Assembly (NCBI GenBank): GCA_035528495.1
Contig: DATKYM010000100.1
Span: 72,784 to 104,783 of the forward strand
Direction of reading: 5' to 3'
Length of the DNA: 32,000 nt
From: Nitrosopumilaceae archaeon
GTDB taxonomy: Archaea; Thermoproteota; Nitrososphaeria; Nitrososphaerales; Nitrosopumilaceae
The stretch's first letter is position 1; each line of letters starts with the position of its first letter. Positions 1 to 9,142 of this stretch are shown piece after piece. A program made the position numbers and the translations under genes. The notes below the pieces were generated by a model. It did not search any database and was not told the DNA's origin. It was given only the letters and a program-made list of their open reading frames with translations.

Positions 1-2660
1 TCAATTTCTTCTTTTGTTGCTTTCTTTCCTGAATCAATAAGAGTTTGTGATTCTATTAATCTAGTAACGTTAAATGCTTCACCATGATCACTTTTTGCCA
101 CATCAATTCCATCTTCTCCATACAAAAATTGAACAATGTGTCCATGTGGGTCTCTAACTGTTCCGTCATATTCTAATCTAATATGCTCAAGAGCATTAAT
201 CAATCGACGCTGCATGTATCCACTTTGTTGAGTTCTAACTGCAGTATCTACTAGTCCTTCTCTACCTCCCATCGCATGGAAGAAAAACTCTAGTGTAGAC
301 AGACCTTCTCTATAATTTGATTTTACAAATCCCTTTGCATCAGGATTTTTATCATGTTCTTGATAGTGTGGAAGGGCACGATTATGATAGCCAGAGTGTA
401 ATCTATTTCCCCTTCTTGATTGTTGTCCCAAAGCACCTGCCATCTGACCGATGTTTAGAGAAGAACCTCTGGCCCCGGTTGTTGCCATAATTCTTCCTGC
501 ATTAGTTTGATCTAAAGATTGATCAGCAGTGGTTCCGGCCTTATCTCTTGCCTTACCTAATTCGTTTACAATATAGGCCTCCAGAGCCTCTTCAGGTTTC
601 ATTCCTCGAGTTAGTTTTAGAGTTCCCTTTTCGTATTGAGAAGTTAAATCTGAAATTATATCATATGTTTCCTGAATGTTATCTAGAATTTGCTGTTTTT
701 CTTTTTCAGGAACTTCCAGATCTGCATAGCCATAACTAAATCCATAGGAAGTAATGTATTGTTTTACCATAATCAAGATTGAATTTAAAAATGATTTTCC
801 AGCAGCATTTCCATAATCTTTTGTAATTCTATGCAAAACACTCTCTGGTTCTTCAGCACCTATTGAGGCCTTGTCAATTACACCACTAATTAATTCACCT
901 TGTTTAATTACAACATCTTTTGGAGATCCGCCTGTTCCCTTTGACCATTTTGAAGTTATTACATAATTGAAGTCTTTAGGCAAGAATAATGAAAATAATT
1001 GTTTTCCAGTATAGGCAGCACCATCTTTTGTTTTAGCAGCAGGTTTTGGTAATGGTTCAGAATATCCACCAAGCATGGCAAGATTCGAGAATTCTTGAGG
1101 GGTTAAAACAGTATCATCTTTGGTTAGAAGATAAGCCCCAGTAACAAAATCTCTTAAAGCGCCGATGATTGGACCTCCATATCTTGGGGAAATTAGTTGA
1201 TCTTGAACTCTCATTAACAAAATTGCCTCAGCCCTGGCCTCTTCACTTTGAGGAACATGCAAGTTCATTTCATCACCATCAAAATCAGCATTATATGGTG
1301 GGCAAACTGATGGGTGTAATCTGAAAGTTCGTCCTGGCAAAACTCTAACATAATGCGCCATTATTGACATCTGATGCAAAGAGGGTTGTCGGTTAAACAT
1401 TACAATATCACCATTTGCCAGATGCCTCTCAATTAGATATCCAATTTCAAGAGTCTCAGCAATGATAGAACGGTCTTCAACAAAGTCAAGTCTAATCTTT
1501 ACACCATCTGGTCGAACGATATAATTTACACCAGGAAAATTACTTGGGCCATTAATTACAAGTTGTCTCATCCTTTCAATATTCCATTCAGTTACAATCT
1601 CAGGAATTGTTAATTTCATTGCAATTTGCTCAGGAACACCAACTTCCGATAAATCCAAGTTTGGATCAGGTGAGATTACTGTTCTGCTTGAAAAGTCTAC
1701 TCTCTTTCCAGATAAAGATCCTCTAAATCTTCCTTCTTTTCCTTTAAGTCTTTGAGTTAGTGTTTTTAGAGGTCTGCCAGAACGATGATGAGCTTGAGGA
1801 ATACCTGAAACTTCATTATCAAAATAAGTGGTTGCATGATATTGGAGTAGGTCCACTAAATCCTGAACAATTAAAGGAGGAGTTCCAGCTTCTTTACTTT
1901 CTTTAAGTCGTTGATTGACCCTGATTATATCTACCATTTTGTGCGTTAAATCATCTTCTGATCTAATTCCTGTTTCAAGGATAATAGATGGCCTAACTGT
2001 AACTGGTGCTACTGGCATTGCTTGTAGAATAAACCATTCAGGTCTTGCAGTTACTGGATCATAGGACAAAAGACTCAGATCAGCATCGGTGATTTGAGTA
2101 AATCTTTCTCTGATTGTAATTGGAAGTAATCTATGTTCACCTATCTCTGTTTTTTCTACAAAGATAGTTGGTTTGGTAAATATCAATTCATATTGTGTTT
2201 TTCCACAATGAGGACACTCTTTTGCTTTCTTTGCCTTTTCAATAACTTGTTCTGGAATACGTTTTTCTGAAAAAACAGTGTATGCCAAGTGTTTATCTTT
2301 AATTGCTTGTAATTCATCTAAATCTTCTTGAGGAACTCTTAGTCTTGCACAAGAGCGGCATGTAGATTGTAAGAGTTTATGGATATTATCAATAAATGCA
2401 ATATGTAAAATAGGTTCAGCAAGTTCTATATGCCCAAAGTGTCCGGGGCATCTTGCAGCAGTGTTTCCACAGGTTAGACATTTTTGTCCAGGTTCTAAAG
2501 TTCCTAATCTTCCATCCATTAATCCACCTTGAACAGGCATTCCATCTTCATCATATGTTTCAGGTGCAGTTATTTCGGAAACAGAATATTTTCTAATTTC
2601 AGTTGGAGACCAAACAGAAAATTTTATTCCGTCAATAGCTTTAATTGATTGAACCGACAT
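1..2660 (-). CDS. rpoA1: DNA-directed RNA polymerase subunit A (A'/N-terminal part; 3' end runs off the window)
   Basis: The minus-strand frame is open from ATG 2660-2658 to the window edge. It is absent from the ORF track because no stop lies inside the window. Hand translation gives MSVQSIKAIDGIKFSVWSPTEIRKYSV..., a Zn-binding CLTCGNTAARCPGHFGHIEL at 2421-2480, and the universal catalytic motif NADFDGDEMN at 1263-1292. The start overlaps the rpoB stop (TAATG). The order H-B-A is the canonical archaeal RNAP operon. Confidence 0.93.
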   Translation of the reverse strand, partial: MSVQSIKAIDGIKFSVWSPTEIRKYSVSEITAPETYDEDGMPVQGGLMDGRLGTLEPGQKCLTCGNTAARCPGHFGHIELAEPILHIAFIDNIHKLLQSTCRSCARLRVPQEDLDELQAIKDKHLAYTVFSEKRIPEQVIEKAKKAKECPHCGKTQYELIFTKPTIFVEKTEIGEHRLLPITIRERFTQITDADLSLLSYDPVTARPEWFILQAMPVAPVTVRPSIILETGIRSEDDLTHKMVDIIRVNQRLKESKEAGTPPLIVQDLVDLLQYHATTYFDNEVSGIPQAHHRSGRPLKTLTQRLKGKEGRFRGSLSGKRVDFSSRTVISPDPNLDLSEVGVPEQIAMKLTIPEIVTEWNIERMRQLVINGPSNFPGVNYIVRPDGVKIRLDFVEDRSIIAETLEIGYLIERHLANGDIVMFNRQPSLHQMSIMAHYVRVLPGRTFRLHPSVCPPYNADFDGDEMNLHVPQSEEARAEAILLMRVQDQLISPRYGGPIIGALRDFVTGAYLLTKDDTVLTPQEFSNLAMLGGYSEPLPKPAAKTKDGAAYTGKQLFSLFLPKDFNYVITSKWSKGTGGSPKDVVIKQGELISGVIDKASIGAEEPESVLHRITKDYGNAAGKSFLNSILIMVKQYITSYGFSYGYADLEVPEKEKQQILDNIQETYDIISDLTSQYEKGTLKLTRGMKPEEALEAYIVNELGKARDKAGTTADQSLDQTNAGRIMATTGARGSSLNIGQMAGALGQQSRRGNRLHSGYHNRALPHYQEHDKNPDAKGFVKSNYREGLSTLEFFFHAMGGREGLVDTAVRTQQSGYMQRRLINALEHIRLEYDGTVRDPHGHIVQFLYGEDGIDVAKSDHGEAFNVTRLIESQTLIDSGKKATKEEI

Positions 2661-5600
2661 TAGACTTTCTCCTTTATCAACAATCTGGGGGCTATATTCA
2701 AACTTTGCATTTCTTGTAACAATAATTTGAAAGCATATGCTACAGTAACCGATGATACTTTGGCTTTATCACCACAAACTCTACAAATATATTTTCTTTG
2801 TTTAACATCATGATAAGCTACTAAACCACATCTTTCACAAACAAAGATATCTGATTTATCGGATTCATCTAACAGTCTATCTTTTAGAATCATAGATGCA
2901 CCATAGGCAATAAGGCAATCTCTCTCCATTTCACCAAATCTTAAACCTCCACCCCTTGCTCGTCCCTCAGTTGGTTGTTTAGTTAACATTTGGACTTGAC
3001 CACGTGCTCTTGCGTGTATCTTATCTGCAACCATGTGATGTAATTTTTGATAATAAACTACTCCAATAAACACTTCAACTGGAAATGGTTTTCCAGTTCT
3101 TCCATCATACATTATTTCTTTTCCAGAATATTTGAAACCTACTGCATCCAAAACTGGTTTAACTTCTTCTAATTTTTCACCGACAAATGCAGAACCATCA
3201 AACTGGCTCCCTCTAAAAGCACCTGCTTTGCCGCAAATTGATTCCATCATCATTCCAACAGTCATTCTAGATGGAAATGCATGAGGATTGATAAGAACAT
3301 CAGGAGAAATTCCTTCTGCAGTATATGGTAAGTCTTCTGCTTTGGCTAAAATTCCAAGGACACCTTTTTGTCCGTGTCTTGATGCAAATTTATCTCCAAT
3401 CTCTGGGACTCGCATATCCCTTGCCCTAATTTTATACATTTTTCCTCCTTCGTTGGATTGCGTCATCACTACAGTATCAATAACTCCAGTTTCAGATGGT
3501 CTTACACCGATTGAAGTATCACGTCGATAAGGGCCAGTTGATTCGAATTCTCTATATTCTTCCATAAATCTTGGAGGACTAGTTTTTCCAATCAAGATAT
3601 CGCCGCCCTTTACAAGTGATTCAGAAGCGACGACTCCATCGTCTTCAAGAAGTCGATAGGCTTTTTCGCCTTTGTAACCTCGGATATTATCTTCAGCATT
3701 TGGGATTTCAAAATTATCACGCATTCCACCAGGATATTGTTTTGCCTCTGCATCATAAACTCTAAAGAAAAATGTCCTGCCAAGACCCCTATCAACTGAA
3801 GATTGACTCAAAACTATAGCATCCTCGATGTTATAACCGTCAAAAGGTAAAACAGCAACAACACAGTTTTGACCTGCTGGTCTATCTTCTAATCCAAGTA
3901 ATTTCATGGCTTTTGTATTTACCATAGGAGTTTGTGGATAAAGCATCAAATGTTGTCTGACATACGTACTTGTGTTCATCATTGGTGTTGAAAATCCTAA
4001 ACTCTGTTTTGCCATTGCAGATTCATATGTATTTCTTGGAGATTGATTGTGCTCAGGATATGGAATGATTGATGCTCCTGCACCTAGAATGGATGGTGGA
4101 AATACTTCTAGGTGAGTATGTTTCTTGACATCTTTATCGTCTAATGTAATGTAACAATTTTCCTCTTCATTAGCATCAATTAATTCAAGTACCCCCATTC
4201 TTAATAGATCATTCCAAGAAAGTAATTTTTTTGTTACCTTATCTAAGAGCTCCTGAGTTAGTAACGATTTATTATCTTTGATAATTATTAAAGGCCTTAA
4301 AACTCGTCCAGCATTGCAATTAACATAGAGTCTCTTAGTAGCACCCTCTGTGTCTGATTGATGGAATGAAATTCCCACATGAGGATGAACTTTTGAGTTT
4401 CTTCGTAAATCTCTAAGCGACTCTGCTAATTCTCCACCATCTTTGAAATATCCAATAAGACGACCATCAACAAATATTCTAGTTCCATCTTTTTTCAAAT
4501 CATCTTTTGCATCAAAGAAATGTACAGTACCTAAATCATATAGTTTTTCAATAATTTCTTCAGATGGGATGTTCACTGAGATAATTCCTGAAAGTGCAAG
4601 ATTTTTTACCAGACCACAATTAGAACCTTCAGGAGTTTCGCTTGGGCAAATTCTTCCAAAGTGTGTAGCATGCAAGTCTCTGGCTTCAAAGTTTGGTTGT
4701 GTTCTACTTAGAGGGGATTGTATTCTTCTTAGGTGGCTAATGGTGGAGAGATAGTTTGTTCTATCAAGAAGTTGAGTCACACCAACTCGTCCTCGCCCCC
4801 AATTCCCAGTTGCAATCGCATTGTTTAACTTATCACTAATTATTCCAGGACGAATTGCAGCAGCTACTGCATTTATTCCCCTTTTCTGACCGGATCTCTC
4901 TAATTGGTATTTCATATCTCTAACTAAATTTCTAAAAGCTGTTCTGAAAAGATCAGCTAACATTTGTCCTGCAAATTTAATCACTTTATTTCCATAATGA
5001 TCTTTGTCATCAGGGTAAATCCATCCTAGTTTTAATTCAAGTAGTTTACATGCCGCCTCCCCCAAAAATTGTGCTTTTTCTTTTCTGTTTTCAGGATGTT
5101 TTCCTAAGTGAGGTAAAAGCCCCCAATCTAAAAGAGTCTCCGCACGTTTAATCTGAAACTCCTCTAACATTCCTGGAGCAATTCTTTTACTGATGTAAAC
5201 AATCGAATCCTTAGAAGTAGGAACATCAGCAGCTTTTTCAAATGATCCTTCCAATTCATCTTGAACTTCTTCAACAAGGGAGACTGCTGCAGCTGTTTCT
5301 ATATCTGATTCTAATCCAAGTGCTCTCATCAAAATTACAACAGGAATATCTACAGGTGAGCCAGGGATTCTAGCTACGATGAGTCCATCATTTTTCATAA
5401 CTAATTCTAATTTTGCACGATAGCCAACAATTGATGAATAGACTTTAGCTTTGAAGACAATGTTTCCTCCAAGGGTTTCTCTATCGACAATTATTTTGTT
5501 GTACGAAAGATCTTCTAATCCTACTATTACTCTTTCAGATCCATTGATGATAAAATAGCCACCAGGATCATTAGGATCTTCTCCATGTTCAATTAATTTT

Positions 5601-6007
5601 TGCGATGAAAAATTATTCAAAACACATGCATTTGATTTAGCCATTACAGGAACATCACCAATGTGCACAAATCTAGATTCTAAGATTTTTCCATCTTCTA
5701 TTACACTGGCCTCCATCATAACAGGAGCTGCATATGAAACATTTCGAAGTCTTGCCTCAGCGGGAGTAATGTGAGTTATGGAACCATCAAGCTCCATCAT
5801 TCTTGGTTGTTGAAGTTTTACTTTACCTAATTGAATTCTGTAAGGGTATTCGGCATTTTCAATTTCTATTTGTCCTACTTCATTAATTATACTTTGAAGA
5901 CCTCTTTCCAAGAATTCGTCAAATGAATTAAGATGTTGTCTGGCAATTCCCTCTCTCTTTAAAATATCCTGAATAATAGGCCAACGTTTAGTTGAAGGGT
6001 CTGCCAT
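2660..6007 (-). CDS. rpoB: DNA-directed RNA polymerase subunit B (unsplit, 1115 aa)
   Basis: 1115-aa ORF with hallmark beta-subunit blocks (…YYQKLHHMVADKIHARARGQVQMLTKQPTEGRARGGGLRFGEMERDCLIAYGA…). It has a C-terminal Zn ribbon (CERCG…CRVCG). It sits between rpoH and rpoA with abutting or overlapping stop/start codons. Confidence 0.97.
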   Translation of the reverse strand: MADPSTKRWPIIQDILKREGIARQHLNSFDEFLERGLQSIINEVGQIEIENAEYPYRIQLGKVKLQQPRMMELDGSITHITPAEARLRNVSYAAPVMMEASVIEDGKILESRFVHIGDVPVMAKSNACVLNNFSSQKLIEHGEDPNDPGGYFIINGSERVIVGLEDLSYNKIIVDRETLGGNIVFKAKVYSSIVGYRAKLELVMKNDGLIVARIPGSPVDIPVVILMRALGLESDIETAAAVSLVEEVQDELEGSFEKAADVPTSKDSIVYISKRIAPGMLEEFQIKRAETLLDWGLLPHLGKHPENRKEKAQFLGEAACKLLELKLGWIYPDDKDHYGNKVIKFAGQMLADLFRTAFRNLVRDMKYQLERSGQKRGINAVAAAIRPGIISDKLNNAIATGNWGRGRVGVTQLLDRTNYLSTISHLRRIQSPLSRTQPNFEARDLHATHFGRICPSETPEGSNCGLVKNLALSGIISVNIPSEEIIEKLYDLGTVHFFDAKDDLKKDGTRIFVDGRLIGYFKDGGELAESLRDLRRNSKVHPHVGISFHQSDTEGATKRLYVNCNAGRVLRPLIIIKDNKSLLTQELLDKVTKKLLSWNDLLRMGVLELIDANEEENCYITLDDKDVKKHTHLEVFPPSILGAGASIIPYPEHNQSPRNTYESAMAKQSLGFSTPMMNTSTYVRQHLMLYPQTPMVNTKAMKLLGLEDRPAGQNCVVAVLPFDGYNIEDAIVLSQSSVDRGLGRTFFFRVYDAEAKQYPGGMRDNFEIPNAEDNIRGYKGEKAYRLLEDDGVVASESLVKGGDILIGKTSPPRFMEEYREFESTGPYRRDTSIGVRPSETGVIDTVVMTQSNEGGKMYKIRARDMRVPEIGDKFASRHGQKGVLGILAKAEDLPYTAEGISPDVLINPHAFPSRMTVGMMMESICGKAGAFRGSQFDGSAFVGEKLEEVKPVLDAVGFKYSGKEIMYDGRTGKPFPVEVFIGVVYYQKLHHMVADKIHARARGQVQMLTKQPTEGRARGGGLRFGEMERDCLIAYGASMILKDRLLDESDKSDIFVCERCGLVAYHDVKQRKYICRVCGDKAKVSSVTVAYAFKLLLQEMQSLNIAPRLLIKEKV

Positions 6008-6259
6008 CTAAATTTCCACCACATACCTATAGTAAAGACTCTTACCGGCAGTTGGACTTTTTCTAGTAATTTTTATCATATCTCCCGGTTTCACACCAAG
6101 TCCCATTATTGCAGGATCGTTTACAAAAATAAATGGTAATTCCGTTGGTTTGCAATTATATTTTTTTAAAATCTCTTCGGCCTCTTTTCTAGACATAATT
6201 TCATGAAGTGGAACATAAACATGGTCTGGTACGAGAACTTGATTTTTTTTAATTGCCAC
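6008..6259 (-). CDS. rpoH: DNA-directed RNA polymerase subunit H (Rpb5 C-terminal domain homologue)
   Basis: 83 aa with an Rpb5/RpoH pattern (VPDHVYVPLHEIMSRKEAEEILKKYNCKPTELPFIFVNDPAIMGLGVKPGDMIKITRKSPTAGKSLYYRYV). GTG start at 6259-6257 is preceded by GGAGGT (6272-6267, minus strand). Its stop (TAG) abuts the rpoB ATG. Confidence 0.9.
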   Translation of the reverse strand: MAIKKNQVLVPDHVYVPLHEIMSRKEAEEILKKYNCKPTELPFIFVNDPAIMGLGVKPGDMIKITRKSPTAGKSLYYRYVVEI

Positions 6260-6428
6260 TTTTTAAACCTCCATCAACAACATCAGATGTAACGATAAAT
6301 AATACACACAAACTGTCAAAAATTCGCGCTGAGGTTAATATATATCTAATCTGATTTCCGTCAGTATTTTTTCTTTTTAGTCAATAAAATTTTTCACAAC
6401 GTTAAATAGTATAATTCGGGGCGTAAAA

Positions 6429-7241
6429 ATGATGAAAACTCATCTATCGGTGTTTGCCTTATTTGCGATCATGATTGCAAGTATTGGAATGGCACCCGCA
6501 TTTGGACAAATAGTGCAACCAATCGTTGTTTCTACTGATAAAGACGCCTATACAGAGGGTGAGACTATCATGGTAACAGGAGAAGTAAGTGAAATTCTTT
6601 TCGGATATGCTGTTAGTCTCATGACTATAGCTCCCAATGGCAATGTAGTTTCAATTGACCAATTAATGGTTGGTTCTGATAAAAAATTCAATACAGAATT
6701 GTCTGCAGGAGGATCGCTCATGAAGGCTGGTGGAGAATACACGATTCAAGTCCTTTATGGAACCGAAAATAGAACAGCAGAGACATCATTCTCATTCCCA
6801 GGATCTAGCGGTTCTGAATCCAACCTTGTACAAGTAGAGGGAACCGACTTTATGATAGGATTTACAATCACAGGTGGAAAACTACTCTCAATCACACCTG
6901 ACGTAAATGCAAATTCTCTCATCATAGCAATTGATGCATGGGATGATGGTCAACTAACCATTACCTTGCCAAGAGAATTGATCGATGCAAAAATTGGAGA
7001 AGATGATGATGATTACTTTGTCCTAGTTGACGGTGAAGAAGTTGACTTTGATGAAACAACCACATCCACAGATAGAACTCTAACAATCCCATTCACAGCA
7101 GGTGCTGAAGAGATTGAAATTATCGGTACACATGTAATTCCAGAATTTGGTGCAATTGCAGCTTTGATTTTAGCAGTAGCAATTATTTCAATAATTGCAG
7201 TTTCTGCAAAATCAAGACTAAGTATTATGCCAAGATACTAG
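6429..7241 (+). CDS. secreted surface protein with PEFG-type C-terminal sorting tail, paralogue 1 (module A + module B)
   Basis: Signal peptide MMKTHLSVFALFAIMIASIGMAPAFG/Q. Module A of about 95 aa (STDKDAYTEGETIMVTGEV…APNGNVVSIDQL…GGEYTIQVLYG). Module B (…GGKLLSITPD…DGQLTITLPRELIDA…YFVLVDGEEV…AGAEEIEIIGTHV). C-terminus is PEFG + hydrophobic helix + SAKSRLSIMPRY. Confidence 0.85.
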   Translation: MMKTHLSVFALFAIMIASIGMAPAFGQIVQPIVVSTDKDAYTEGETIMVTGEVSEILFGYAVSLMTIAPNGNVVSIDQLMVGSDKKFNTELSAGGSLMKAGGEYTIQVLYGTENRTAETSFSFPGSSGSESNLVQVEGTDFMIGFTITGGKLLSITPDVNANSLIIAIDAWDDGQLTITLPRELIDAKIGEDDDDYFVLVDGEEVDFDETTTSTDRTLTIPFTAGAEEIEIIGTHVIPEFGAIAALILAVAIISIIAVSAKSRLSIMPRY

Positions 7242-7280
7242 ACCTACAACTTTTTTTCATTTTTTAAATATCTATAAATA
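7140..7280 (+). repeat. Direct repeat copy 1: PEFG-tail coding end + stop + T-rich spacer + TATA-like box
   Basis: 7152-7266 is 100% identical to 8992-9106. 7140-7242 equals 8059-8161 except for one synonymous T/C at 7151. The post-stop part (7243-7280) is roughly 85% similar to 8162-8199 by eye. Confidence 0.95.
7251..7280 (+). promoter_or_regulatory. Oligo-T terminator-like run followed by TATA-like box for the next paralogue
   Basis: T7 (7251-7257) and T6 (7260-7265) lie 10-24 nt after the stop. TTTTTAAATAT/CTATAAATA (7261-7280) lies about 26-45 nt upstream of ATG 7306. Archaeal termination at oligo-T and A/T-rich TATA boxes are established; the assignment here is by position only. Confidence 0.4.
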
Positions 7281-7305
7281 CCAAGATATATGGTATTGAA
7301 TCAGG

Positions 7306-8160
7306 ATGAATTTGAAAGATTCGACAACATCAATTGTGTTAGGTGTAATGGTATTCTCACTAATAACAATAAGTTCAATTCAACAAGATGTTTTTGCCGA
7401 TATGATGGGAATGTCTTTAACAGCAAAGGCAGCAGAAGGATCAGACACCATCTTAGTTCGCGGTCAAACATCTTCACAGGTTACAGATCTAACATTAACT
7501 GTAATTTCTCCTGATGGATTTAATAGATTGGCAGTTGCACAATTAACTCCCGATTCCGAGGGAAACTATTCTACAGAATTCAAAATAAGTCCCCTTTGGA
7601 AACAAAATGGTTTCTACACAATAACTGGAATGCAAAGTGTAAATAAAAATTCGTTGTACACAATGCAGGTAGAGGTAGAAGTGATTAATGGAATGGCAAT
7701 GGAAACAATGACAACAGAATCAAATTTGGTAACTGGTCTTTTAATGCCAAAAGAATCACAGATTTTCACAGGATTTACCCTAAGGGCTAATGCCATGGAA
7801 GGCTCTACCATCATAGGAATAACTGGACAATCAGATAGAACCAACTTGGATGTAATTTTGAAGGTTATTGCACCAAATGGAAACGTAGTATCTGTTAGTC
7901 AAATTACACCAAATTTAGATGGTAAATTTGCTAAAGACATTACAACAGGCGGTCCGTTATGGACTCAAGATGGTGATTATACAGTATCAGCTCATCAAGG
8001 AGATTTAGCCGATCATAATGCTTCTATAGTGGTAGGGATTATTGATGGTGTAGTTATACCAGAATTTGGCGCAATTGCAGCTTTGATTTTAGCAGTAGCA
8101 ATTATTTCAATAATTGCAGTTTCTGCAAAATCAAGACTAAGTATTATGCCAAGATACTAG
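7306..8160 (+). CDS. secreted surface protein with PEFG-type C-terminal sorting tail, paralogue 2 (module A duplicated, no module B)
   Basis: Signal peptide MNLKDSTTSIVLGVMVFSLITISSIQQDVFA. Two copies of module A (…ILVRGQTSSQVTDLTLTVISPDGFNRLAVAQLTPDSEGNYSTEFKISPLWKQNGFYTI… and …IGITGQSDRTNLDVILKVIAPNGNVVSVSQITPNLDGKFAKDITTGGPLWTQDGDYTV…). Tail PEFGAIAALILAVAIISIIAVSAKSRLSIMPRY is identical to paralogues 1 and 3. Confidence 0.85.
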   Translation: MNLKDSTTSIVLGVMVFSLITISSIQQDVFADMMGMSLTAKAAEGSDTILVRGQTSSQVTDLTLTVISPDGFNRLAVAQLTPDSEGNYSTEFKISPLWKQNGFYTITGMQSVNKNSLYTMQVEVEVINGMAMETMTTESNLVTGLLMPKESQIFTGFTLRANAMEGSTIIGITGQSDRTNLDVILKVIAPNGNVVSVSQITPNLDGKFAKDITTGGPLWTQDGDYTVSAHQGDLADHNASIVVGIIDGVVIPEFGAIAALILAVAIISIIAVSAKSRLSIMPRY

Positions 8161-8199
8161 ATCTATTACTTTTTTCATTTTTTAAATATACATAAATAG
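8059..8199 (+). repeat. Direct repeat copy 2: PEFG-tail coding end + stop + T-rich spacer + TATA-like box
   Basis: 8060-8161 is 100% identical to 8981-9082. The downstream spacer carries the same T-runs and an AAATATACATAAATA box as copy 1. Confidence 0.95.
8170..8198 (+). promoter_or_regulatory. Oligo-T terminator-like run followed by TATA-like box for the next paralogue
   Basis: T6 (8170-8175), T6 (8178-8183), then AAATATACATAAATA (8184-8198), about 26-40 nt upstream of ATG 8224. It is homologous to 7251-7280. Confidence 0.4.
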
Positions 8200-8223
8200 A
8201 GATTCTTGTGAATCGCATACAAG

Positions 8224-9081
8224 ATGAACAACCGTACGACGTTCGCGCTACTAGCCTTTTTGACTGCAGTCAGCACGTTAACTATGTCATCGGCATATGC
8301 TCAACTAGCCTGTCCTGATTGTGGATTAGATGATCCTAGAATAATTGCAAAGCAGTTATTACTTGACGATATTCCAATTTCAATTTGGACGGATAAATCA
8401 ACATATGACCATAATGACACGATTATCGTAGAAGGGCGCGTAGCAAATGTAGTTTCTGGGGTTCCAGTAACACTTACTGTAACGAGTTCCCTACATTCCA
8501 TCATCACAGTTGACCAAATCGTCGTTGATAATATGGGAAATTTTGCAACAATACTCAGTACAGAAGGTGCTCTTTGGAAACATGATGGAAGGTATATCAT
8601 TAAAGCTAATTATGGTAGTGCTGAAAAAAATAGTAGAGTACTAGTAGAGTTAGTTAATGGAGTAGTTTCTGAATCAATAAGTAAAACATGTGGTCAATCA
8701 GAACTTGATGTAATAGGCAATTGTGTGCCATTTAGTATTTCAGGTGGAACTGTAAATCGTGTAAATGTCAATACCAACGATAATTCTATCATCCTGATGA
8801 TCAGCGCAAATGTAGATGGAACGATTACATTAAGCCCATCTAAAGATGTCCTTGAAGGTCCCTTTATGGTACTTGTGGATGATGAACAATGGGATGATGC
8901 TGAAATCAATGGAAACGAAATCACAGTGATGTTCCTAGCAGGTGCTGAAAAGATTGAAATTTTCGGAACACATGTAATTCCAGAATTTGGCGCAATTGCA
9001 GCTTTGATTTTAGCAGTAGCAATTATTTCAATAATTGCAGTTTCTGCAAAATCAAGACTAAGTATTATGCCAAGATACTAG
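8224..9081 (+). CDS. secreted surface protein with PEFG-type C-terminal sorting tail, paralogue 3 (module A + module B)
   Basis: Signal peptide MNNRTTFALLAFLTAVSTLTMSSAYA/Q. Module A (WTDKSTYDHNDTIIVEGRV…VDQIVVDNMGNFATILSTEGALWKHDGRYIIKANYG). Module B (…SISGGTVNRVNVNT…DGTITLSPSKDVLEGPFMVLVDDEQ…AGAEKIEIFGTHV). Same identical PEFG tail. Confidence 0.85.
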   Translation: MNNRTTFALLAFLTAVSTLTMSSAYAQLACPDCGLDDPRIIAKQLLLDDIPISIWTDKSTYDHNDTIIVEGRVANVVSGVPVTLTVTSSLHSIITVDQIVVDNMGNFATILSTEGALWKHDGRYIIKANYGSAEKNSRVLVELVNGVVSESISKTCGQSELDVIGNCVPFSISGGTVNRVNVNTNDNSIILMISANVDGTITLSPSKDVLEGPFMVLVDDEQWDDAEINGNEITVMFLAGAEKIEIFGTHVIPEFGAIAALILAVAIISIIAVSAKSRLSIMPRY

Positions 9082-9106
9082 ACCTACAACTTTTTTTCAT
9101 TTTTTA
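8980..9106 (+). repeat. Direct repeat copy 3: PEFG-tail coding end + stop + T-rich spacer
   Basis: Identical to copy 1 over 8992-9106. The extended similarity to copy 1 starts at 8941 vs 7101 (166 bp, 4 mismatches). It diverges after 9106, so paralogue 4 has a different upstream region. Confidence 0.95.
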
Positions 9107-9142
9107 TTTTTGATAGTAAAGGAGATATAGAAATAATATGAA

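Noticed and set aside
548-4754. ORF-track entries 548-739(+), 3288-3530(+), 3610-3795(-) and 4443-4754(+) lie inside the RNAP genes.
   Set aside because: They are antisense or out of frame within rpoA and rpoB, which have unmistakable conserved motifs. Their composition is low-complexity and not protein-like. They are expected by chance in long AT-rich genes.
7290-7514. 74-aa ORF overlapping the 5' end of PEFG paralogue 2 in another frame.
   Set aside because: The 7306-8160 frame gives a proper signal peptide, two module-A copies and the conserved tail. The alternative frame has no features and ends inside the gene.
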